Shown here in pieces: positions 54,111-64,000 of a stretch of DNA of 64,000 nt. The notes under the pieces were generated by a model that worked only from the letters and a program-made list of their open reading frames with translations, had not been told where the DNA came from and made no database searches. This DNA comes from the human T2T-CHM13v2.0 reference genome, Homo sapiens: NCBI RefSeq assembly GCF_009914755.1, contig NC_060937.1. One strand, written 5' to 3'. The stretch's first letter is position 1. Each line of letters opens with the position of its first letter. Position numbers and translations under genes: made by a program.

Positions 54111-56629
54111 CTTCTGTTGTGATACTACTTTTTCATGATTTATATTTATAGTTGTTGTGATTTGTTGTGATTGACACAATCAAAGTTTAAAAGATTAGCT
54201 GTTGCTATTTACTTTCATGGTTATATAACATGAGATAATAAGGTTCCTGAGTCTACCAGCCTTGTCTTACATAGACAGAAATCTCAGTATCATTCAACTT
54301 TTTCTCCAATCAATATATATTAAAGCTTTCTGAATGTTGGTCATTCTATCCTTAGCATTAAATAGGTACACACACACACATATATGTAACCTAGTTAATG
54401 TTTATATTTATATATAATAAATATATATAAATATAAACAAATATATATAATGATTTTTATATTTATATATAATGATATATATATGTTTTAAAATGGGTTC
54501 AATAAAGGAATGATGAATACATGGGTGGATGTTTTGCAAGTGGCATTAGAGAAAAACATGATGCTGGGTTAGTAACAGTGTGAGCTGTCAGAAAAGATAG
54601 ATGGCTTTGCTGGTCATGCTATAAATAACCACCAGGTGCCACTCAGAGATGGTGGAAGCCTCATTTTGCATGACAGCCATTGATCAGCTGCATGACTAAG
54701 ATGCAACCTTTTGTGACACCACTTGAGGAGAAAAGGTTATGTTTCACATTTAAGCTTTGAATAATAAGGTCAGGATCAAATTAAATGAATTTCTCTGGCG
54801 AATACATGAAATATACACAAATTAATACAACAAATTAGATACATTGTTACAAAGAAAAGGTGAGCAAGCTGGAGCTAAGTGCGATCCTGGGACTTTGTCC
54901 TTCTGAATATTTTATTAATGAGGTGACTATCCTGTCTCATTAAAAATATCCTGAGTGAGTTCTCACCACCTGTGGGAAGACCCTAAACTGCGATCTAGAC
55001 TAGAATACTACAGAATAAAGAAATAAAATAATAATAAACATGTTTCCTATGTGACTATAAGCTTATTAGAGCATATTTCAAAGGAATGCAAAATATTCAG
55101 AAGAAAATCAGATAATAGGAATTCTTACATTTACATCTTTTTGCAGACTTGAAGTAAATCTCACATTTGTTATTTGGAGGAAAAGTTCATCTATATTTTA
55201 TGTCAGTGTGGCAAATGTGTTTTTGTGGCATTTGAATACTAGCCAGCAAGTCTCTTCTTTTATGAGACAAAGGAACAAATTATGTTCCTAACTTAAACTT
55301 TCAAAGCAACTGCAGATTGTTCGCAAGGTTCTATTCTTAATAAATTCTTTTATTACAATAACAGTTGTATTAGTAAACTTAGCACATATCTATATGTTAT
55401 TTGACATACTTGAGTTAATAATAATCCAAATGGTTTCATATTTTTGAAATTATTCACTTATATCTCATGCAACCACGGTAATTTAATTGGTTACCATAAA
55501 AATTATTTTAAACCATGAAATGTGATTGGTCAACAAAAAGCAGAATAAATGCAAATAACTGAACATCATAAGTAGTTACCAAGGAGCTGCCATAACCAAG
55601 GAAGTTACTACAGCATACATTTAAAACATTGTGTTATCATGGAAACTATGTACTCATTCATTCAACAATTATTAATTAATTTCTTACACTGTGTTAGGCA
55701 CTGATATAATCAAAGTTTGAAGGATTAACTGATTTATAGAAACAGCTCACTTTGTCAATACTTTTGTTTTTCATAGAGTCACACTATGGGTGAATAAACC
55801 ATTTAATCAATGCTCAAGGCCTATGATGCCACATATATATTTAATAATGACTGCAATACTAAAAAGGTTTAATAACATTTTCAATATAATAATAAAATAA
55901 TTATGACAATATGATGTTTCACTAATGATAACAATAGCAATATTAAACCATGATTATGTTGAATAACTGGTTCAGTTACATTTTTAAGACTTATGAATTA
56001 AAAATAACTTTATGTTAATTTATCAATGGGGAAATAAATTGTAATAGTTGAAAGAAAACAAAATGTAAATTTTCACTCTATGAGAATGCAGAGATGTAGA
56101 ACCTGAGTAGAAAAGGAATCTGGTTGGCTAAAGAATAAGGTCAACAAAGTTACTTATCAAAAGAATTTTCAATGTAAAGAATTTCTATCAAAAGGATTTT
56201 CTATGCTTTTAAGATGGCAAAACTTCAGAAAACAGTAAGCTCTCAGATTTCAGGACATGATATTTTATTAACTGCTAATCATTGACAAGATACTGAAACA
56301 TTCTACCACAGCATGAAATAGTAGGAATAGACAAGGTTTACACGGACAACAAATCACCAAGCCTGACAAACAATGAAATGCAAATCTAATGGAGGTAGCT
56401 TTTGATTTTGTAAATAAATCATTAAATGATTGAAATAGCTGTCTGAAATTTGCCATGAGTTTGAGGAGATAAATATATCCTGACTGCACATCAGACTTAC
56501 CTAAGTTAATTTAAATGTGTGCTTGTGACTCTCTCTCTCTGTCTCTCACTCTCTCCATACCCCCACCATTCTACTGCCAACAATTAGACCAGAAACCAGA
56601 AACTCTGGGGTACACACCCTTTAAGGTAT

Positions 56630-57140
56630 GTACATTTTAAAAATCTTTATAATATAGATAAATTTAAAGCATATCCAGTTTGTGGGATATTTCACAAGAT
56701 AACTGACCTGGTTTCATCAAAATATCCATTACATTAAAAATTGTTTTTAATGAGTTGGGCAGGGGAGATTGCTTTAAAGAGATTTATTAAATGTTTCAAC
56801 CAAAGGCAATGTCTTAATTCTTTTTGGTCTCTGAATTGAAACAAAAGCCAAATGTACAAATATTGTTCTTGAGAAATTTGTCACAATTTGAATATAAATG
56901 ACAGTAAATAATTACTAATTTTATTAAGTGTGATTATGTCAGTGGGTTATATAAGACAGAGGAGAGGATGGAAGGAAGGAAGGAATAAAGGAAGAAGGGA
57001 AGAAAGGAAGAACAAGGAGTTAAAAACATGAAAAAAATAGATTTTTAAAATAATTATTGAATTTAGCAGATGGGTATATGAAGGTTTATTAAACAACTCT
57101 CTCTATGGTTATGACTAAAAATTTTCATAATTAAAAGTAA
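56630..57140 (+). mobile_element. L1ME-type 3' UTR fragment with a GA-rich insert
   Basis: GATAACTGACCTGGTTTCATCAAAA...TCAACCAAAGGCAATG...GATGGGTATATGAAGGTTTATTA...AAATTTTCATAAT. Confidence 0.6.
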
Positions 57141-57541
57141 GTACAACAAGAAAATTAAAAATTCTGGCAAACAATTAGAGATTTTTGTTAGCATGTTTCA
57201 ATATCTTCTTTGTTAGCATTCTGATTTCTAATTCTAGTTTAAGCCTAGGAACCTGCATTTAAAAAACACTTCAGGTACATTACAGGCAGGCTTTAAGCAA
57301 TGACACATTGAAAAACACTAAAGAGAATTACATTTTCTGACTCTGGAATAAATAATCTGAAATAACACATTGAAACCAGCTAAGTACATTCAGCTGTTAT
57401 TTTATTCAACGGTATCTCCTTCAAGGCGAGATGGGGACTAGGAATAAGTTAGCCTTGGTCAAGGTGGACACTGAGATGATGTTTCTGATTCAACATAGTG
57501 CTTTGGAAACAGAGGACATCCATTCAATGTTTACTTGCAAA

Positions 57542-57568
57542 ATACATACATACATACATACATACATA
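57542..57568. repeat. (TACA)n tetranucleotide repeat
   Basis: Directly visible. Confidence 0.9.
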
Positions 57569-57799
57569 CCTCTGGATGATCAGTCTAAAACCTTACTTCT
57601 TCAACTAGAGCATTCTAAAAAGTCAGAATTGTTTAATTTGGTTCTGGGTAGAGACCACACTGGTGACTCTTTGACCTCTATTGGCTGCATTTCTGCCTGT
57701 CATCCCCAAACTGTGCATTCCACTTCAGGCTAAGCCCTTGATCTCTTTAGGAGCCACTGCACACTAATTCTTGCTAGTAATCATGGCCACAGACACTAC

Positions 57800-58025
57800 A
57801 ATCCCATTGTTTGTGCCCAAATCGTGACTCTGCCACATATTGAGTGTTCCTGAGCAAATGACTCTACTCATCTTTGTGACTGAGTTTCCTCTTCTGTGAA
57901 ACAGGAGTAATAATGGTACCTACCTATGTTGATTTGCTGATGTGATGTGCTTTACTTGTTTAAACTGTTTAAGATTGTACAAAGCCCATAGCAATACTTA
58001 TAAAATTTTGACATTTATTATTGTT
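57800..58025 (+). mobile_element. MIR
   Basis: CTCTGCCAC...TGAGCAAATGACT...TGAGTTTCCTCTTCTGTGAAACAGGAGTAATAATGGTACCTACC. Confidence 0.75.
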
Positions 58026-59040
58026 GTGCTTCTCTCATGCTGTTAACACTCAACTATCTATCTCTCACATTATCTTTATTCATTTCCCCCGATTAGGGAA
58101 ATTATTAACTTGGTTGACCCGTGCTGAACATGTTCAAAATATAACTCTTCTTCTCCTACTCAAACATCATGTTTTTGAAAAATTAACATTTGTCCAGTAA
58201 ACCAACTAAAAACTTAGGTCATTTAAATCCATTTCAATCTTTGTCCACTATATCGAAACTATCCTCATATCTCAGACATCACATACCTCCAGGTCTGTTT
58301 TCATTTTTGATCCCCCCAAATCTCCAAGCACATTTTCATGTAGCTACTGATTGTCCTAAAGTTCCATCCTTCCATTCCTTAAATGTTTCTTGCACTACCA
58401 CATTCATTTCCTCCTCTCAAGGTTGACACTATGCCCCTAGTACAAGTTATTACTTCAAACATGACATGTATTTATAGCCCTCTCAGTGCTATGAACTTAA
58501 AAATAATAATACTGGTTGAATAAATAAATATTTTATGTGACAGTTACCTGTTATAAACATCTGTCCTGTAAACATCTGTCCTGTAATGGCCTTTAAAAAT
58601 GGCCTTTATACAAGTCAGTTATTATGGAAACAATATGGAACATAATGTCAATAATTCCTCAGTCAGTTACAATCACATACTTGTACCAACAATTAGGTAC
58701 TTGTCCCTTATTTAATAGTGAACATGGCCTTATATCACAAACAATTAAGTTCTCAATAGTGCAATTAGTGGCAAGAACAAATGCAAGGCAAAAAAGAAAA
58801 GGGTTTTTTAAAACTAAAATTCCAAGGCAATGTGGGATTGTGTATCCATGATATTCTTTGAAGTTTGAAGGCTCTTATATCCAATGCATAACTGGCTACG
58901 ATTGGTTATCTCTTTCACAAGGCCACATGATTTATGTATTATCTTTTATTTTCCTCCCGACCCCTAAAATCCCCATATTGGCCTTTTGTTTCAACAATTT
59001 TATTTTTGCAATGGATTTTTTAAAGTTTCTGCTTACTTTT

Positions 59041-59304
59041 TCAGTTTTTTTTTTAGACGGGTCCTTGCTCTGTTGCCCAGGCTGAAGTGTAATGGCGGGA
59101 TCTTGGCTCACTGCAACCTCCTCTCCCCCTGCTCAGGTGATCCTCTTTGCCTCAACCTCCCAAATAGCTGTGACCACAAGCATGTGTCACCACACCTGGC
59201 TATTTTTTTTTTTGTATTTTTGGTAGAAATGGGGTTTTGCCATATTGCCCAGTCTAGTTTCAAACTTCTGAGCTCAAGCAATCTGCCCACCTCAGCCTCC
59301 CAAA
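59041..59304 (-). mobile_element. AluJ, 5'-truncated, with TSD
   Basis: Stops at CCTCCCAAA; TSD TTTCTGCTTA(C/T)TTTT at 59026-59040 and 59306-59320. Confidence 0.9.
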
Positions 59305-59783
59305 CTTTCTGCTTATTTTTAATAAATATGTTAGACTCATATCAAGAATTGAGTGGCACTTACAAATTATCTACATTTTATAGGTTATGCTTTGTTTAGC
59401 ATTTTGCGAAATCCTACTTATGTAGTTGGATATAATTTCAGTTGAATTTCTCATTTGCCCAGATGTCACACAGTCAATATAAATCTGAATTTATGCTAAA
59501 AAATCAACCATCTCTCTACCTTTCTTTCTCAGCTTGTCAGGTTTACAGTTGAGAAGGATGTTAGAGATCATATTTCAAATGCTACATTTTAATGATGAGA
59601 AATTTGAGACCAAAAGATATTAGGAGACATTTTTGGCATTACTTGGTAGTTAAGAGGGTTTGATAACCCAGGTTCAGACTTGTAAGCAGGTGTTCCTTAC
59701 ACAGCAGCAATTTGCTCTCCATTAAGTTATAATAGCTAAGGACATACACAGAGTTGAGAAAAAGTGCTATACACACTTTTACT

Positions 59784-60087
59784 TTTTTTTTTTTTTTTTT
59801 TTTTGAGATGGATTCTCACTCTGTCACCCAGGCTGGAGCATAGTGGTGTGATCTTGGCTGACTGCAACTTCTGTCTCCCAGGTTCAAGTGACTTTCGTGC
59901 CTCAGCCTCCCCAAGTAGCTGGGATTACAGACACCCACCATGACGCCCAACTAATTTTTGTATTTTTAGTAGAGATGGGGTTTCGCCATGTTGGCCAGGC
60001 TGGTCTGGAACTCCTGACCTCAAGTGATCCTCCCGCCTCGGCTTCCCAATGTGATGGGATTACAGGCGTGAGCCACCACGCCCAGCC
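59784..60087 (-). mobile_element. AluS (Sx-like), full length
   Basis: Poly-T followed by the complete antisense body, ending CGCCCAGCC. Confidence 0.95.
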
Positions 60088-60105
60088 CAAACTCTTACTA
60101 ATTTT

Positions 60106-60324
60106 ATTTATTATTATTTTTTTTTTTTTGAGACCAAGTCTCGCTCTGTCGCCCAGGCTGGAGTGCAGTGGCGCGATCTCGGCTCACTGAAAGCTCCACT
60201 TCCCAGGTTCACGCCATTCTCCTGCCTCAGCCTCCCCAGTAGCTGGGACTACAGGCGCCCACCACCACGCCCACCTAATTTTTGTGTTTTTAGTAGAGAC
60301 GGGGTTTCACCGTGTTAGCCAGGA
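60106..60324 (-). mobile_element. AluY, 5'-truncated, with TSD
   Basis: Y diagnostics AAGCTCC, TTCACGCCATTCTC, CCGTGTTAGCCAGGA; TSD ACTCTTACTAATTTT at 60091-60105 and 60327-60341. Confidence 0.93.
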
Positions 60325-61665
60325 GCACTCTTACTAATTTTTGACAATCTTTTGCCTCTTGATTGCTACAAGGTTTTCCCAGTCTAATGCCCTATTTCCC
60401 AATTTGAAAAAAAAAACCACAGGCAAGGAGTGTTGAAAGAATATAGGGAAGAACACAGAGGAAAACTCCTTGCATTGGCTACTCACCTACTGACTTCCTC
60501 AATATCCCTGTGATCTGAAAAGAAACTTATAACACTTTGGAAACTGTCACCTATATATAGTATTATAATGCCATATATAATTCCCAACCCCACAAATATT
60601 CAACATTTCAAGTAGAGCATGCCATAATTTAATCAAATAAATATCTCCACAAAATTAAACGAATGTTTTAATAAGGTCCTGAAAAAAATTTTTTTTAATG
60701 TACTGTTGATGTGGTATCCCGTATTAAGTGCGTAATACCTAAAGGACAGAGAAGTATTTGTCACCTTGCCTTTGAAAAAATTAGTTGTTACAGTTGTGTC
60801 TTCAGTTTTTCTCTTAAGTTCATTGGCAGCTATACCAAAAGTTGTTTTTCACCAACAGAATTGAAATACAAGACCAGAACAATTTTCAGATTTAAACATC
60901 TAGGATGTCGTTCTCAAATGTCACATGGCAATAGTTCACTTAAAGAACAACAAACAGAATGAAGTGTTGAAGGAACATTTTACTTTTCATCATTGTTTAC
61001 TTATATTCTGATGGATATGTCAGACCTGAATGCCTAAAAGCAAATATGGATGGGAGAGACAAAAATAAAAGCTTATGAGTTTGTGAACCAGAAAAATCCT
61101 TATACCCTATGTATTTTCAGCTAGTATTACATTTAAAACATAATACTACTACGAATTGAAATTAAAAGAAAGATGATATTTAAATGGGAAAAAAGAAAAG
61201 GTGATGTTAAAATGACATTTTATTTATTCTTTCCTTTATATTAAATCTTTAAAGCAGATTTTTTTTATTTCAAGAAGGTCTATATATAACAAATAAATTT
61301 CTAAGATATACATACTTGGACATTAATGAATGAATAAATACAGTATACATAAATTCATTTTTAAAAACATGTCTAAAACAGTGTAGCAAGATATAAAAAA
61401 CATTGTTCTGATTAACTAGCTATGTGACCTGCACACTTCTTGAGATGGTTAAAAATCATGATGCTCAAGATGGTGGTGATGGAGACAATGTTGTTGGAGG
61501 CATATATAAAAATCTCCAGCAGACCATTCCAAGCTACACTGCCCATGGGAGTGGGTGGTGGCTCAGAATAGTTATTAATCATTTCCTATGAAAGTTAATA
61601 AGCACAATAGTAATGATGAAAATATGTTGTTTATGTGAATATTGTAGTGACAAAAGTTAATCAAC

Positions 61666-62064
61666 TGATATAGGTTGAATGTTTGTCCCCTCAAAATCTC
61701 ATGTTAATGTAATCCCCAGTGCTGCAGATGGGACTTAGTTGGAGGTATTGGATCATGGAGATGGATCCTTCCTACATGGCTTAGTGCCATCTCACAGGTA
61801 ATGAGTGAGTTCTATTATTTCACAAGAGAGCTGGTTGTTTCAGAGAGCCTGGCATCTTTCTTGCTCCCTTTCTCGTTATGTGGCATGCCTGCCCATCCTT
61901 TCCCTTCCAGCATGATTGAAAACTTACTAAGGCTATCACCAGAAGCAGATGCTGGTGCCATGCTTCTTGTACAGCCTGCAGAAACTGAGCCAAATAAATC
62001 TCTTTTATTTGTAAATTACCCAGTCTCAGGTATTCCTTTATAGCGATGCGAATGGACTAACACA
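61666..62064 (+). mobile_element. MST (MSTB-like) MaLR solo LTR
   Basis: TGATATAGGTTGAATGTTTGTCCCCTCAAAATCTCATGTT...AATTACCCAGTCTCAGGTATTCCTTTATAGC...GGACTAACACA. Confidence 0.9.
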
Positions 62065-62214
62065 TCCAACCATTAAGATATTTTCCTCTTCTATTTCTAT
62101 TAGATAATATAGCATTAATAAATTATTAAGCATATGATGCAAAAGAGGGTAGTTACATTGTTACAATAATTCTTATTTATAATTGTAATCCCTTTGCATG
62201 TCTCAGGATTTCTG

Positions 62215-62385
62215 TCATATGATCTTGCAATTTCACTTCTGGGTACATATTTAAAGAAAATAAAATTAGTATGCAAAGAGCTATCTGGGCTCCCATGTAT
62301 AACACAGCATTATTCCCAATAGCCATAAAGAAGAATGAAATATCGTCATTTTTGACAACATGGATGAACCTAGGGGACATAATAT
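62215..62385 (+). mobile_element. L1MA/L1PB ORF2-end fragment with internal deletion
   Basis: CATATGATCTTGCAATTTCACTTCTGGGTA...ACAACATGGATGAACCT. Confidence 0.7.
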
Positions 62386-62457
62386 CAAGGAATTGCTTTT
62401 TCTTTCATTTTTTTTCTAAATATGTAAGACCGGATAAGTAAATTTTTTTAACAGGAT

Positions 62458-62489
<32 letters not shown>

Positions 62490-64000
62490 CAGGGTAAGCA
62501 TGGAAAACATTTAGTAGGGTTACTGGTTGGTAAGAAGTGCTCAAAAAATGGTGATTACTGTTATTTTTGTTGGTATTATCCACAATCTGAAATGATTAGT
62601 TTTTTATATTATGAAAATTATAACTTTAACCTATTTTATTATCAGTTTCCAAAGAAGGATTAATTCACTTACAAGAAAGCCTACGGTATATTCTTGCTGT
62701 CTTGCTTTTCCTATATGTTTCCTACTGTTTCTATTTTATTTCTATCATCTACATTTCATTGAAATTCTAATATCACCATTAATATTCTAATATTATAATG
62801 CCATCATTTCCATTACAAATGAAATACACTCTCCGTATGTCAGGGCAATTACTTGCCCTTTTTCCCTATATCCACATAGCAATTTTTTATTTGGGTGAGA
62901 TTAAGCATAACAAAAAATACTTGGAAGAGCTCAGATCTGAAATACAATGATTCACACATCCAAGAACTTTATTAGGTTTAACTATATTTCAAACAGCTGA
63001 ATTAATTGATAAGTGGTAATATTTATATAGAAAAATAATCACCAAGAACTTCTAACTTTAATCAGCAGAAATCTCAAAAGGCGGGCCAAACTTAAGAACT
63101 GCTAAAAATAAAATGTCTTTTAATTTATAATAAATGCACATCCTTATGAGTATGTCATTTGAAATTAATGGAATTTTTGAAATTGATACTTGTCAAGTTC
63201 TTGCACTGCTTTCCTGTGAGGGGAATTTCTCCTTCTTGATTGTGAGACTCATGAACATCACTGTTTTACATACCATTTCTCTATTAAGGATGAAGCAGTC
63301 TTAGACTCTACAGTATTTCATCATGTTGTGAATCATCATTAAACATTTTGCTGACTCTCAAATGTCAAATATTCTCCTGTGTCATAAAGAATTTCATTAA
63401 ACAGCATGGGAGAAAGAACAGAGTAATTTTAGGAAATCTTCCCTTCTGTTCATTATGAGCTTTGTTATTTATCTCCCATTCCATTTTCTCCTGGCAACTA
63501 TAAATGATCTCTTCCTCATCCAAATGGTTCTATCACAATTACAGGTTTATATGTTTAAGCAGAATTTACCTAGTATGAAAAAGTCTCTTTCTCAATAGCA
63601 GCAGTAATTTTACCAGTAAATTCTACAGGTATATTAAAAAAATTAAGATAATGAGATATCAAGTAATAGTCATCATTGTAGTAATATGCATTCTCAATGA
63701 CTAAAAAAATCAAACTGACCAAAAAGAAAAAGAAAAAAATCCCTTTACCTTTGGGGACCCTTTTTAATGTAGTATGTACATTTTACTTAAGGCATTAAGC
63801 CTTTTGGGAAGGACTTAAAAACTAGAGCCATAGTTAGTTTTTTTCTGACAAAACTCTGTAATCTAACAGAAAAGACTAAGAGGGTGGGTATATAAGAAAA
63901 TTCATAAAAACTTAGAGTGCTGTTCTGGTCTGGAGTTAGTGCATTAGGCATCCTGAAGGTGATGTGAAGGCTTAGTTTAACAAAGGTGAGAAACAGATGC

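Noticed and set aside
62440-62500. TTTTTTTAACAG|G|GTAAGC as a 1-nt exon or ratchet point
   Set aside because: The tract is a (GTTT)n simple repeat between two copies of a duplicated TTTTTTAACAGG.TAAG segment next to a MIR-like tail, so it is most likely incidental

Overview
AT-rich primate (human-like) genomic DNA, most likely a long intron or a gene-poor intergenic region. I find no supportable protein-coding gene. The listed ORFs come from Alu, L1, Tigger1, LTR or simple repeats, or look like chance ORFs. The window is dominated by interspersed repeats: about 14 Alu copies or fragments, several L1 3' ends, MIR/L2 relics, MER5/MER63 DNA transposons, MaLR LTRs, a solo LTR1, and a full-length Tigger1 that carries a solo LTR12 and a truncated L1PA. 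The best non-repeat signals are all on the + strand: a 17-nt candidate neural microexon or short first exon at 32039-32055 in a CpG-retaining patch; a MEF2 plus FOX:ETS promoter/enhancer-like block with a splice donor at about 20960-21350; and a 32-nt candidate poison exon or recursive splice site at 52562-52593. Unusual retrotransposition products include an AluY-L1 chimera inside one TSD, a tailless Alu 5' fragment with a TSD, and an AluY inserted into another Alu's TSD. I could not identify the host gene and see no evidence of a new multi-gene system. Repeat subfamily names come from recalled consensus similarity, not from a search.
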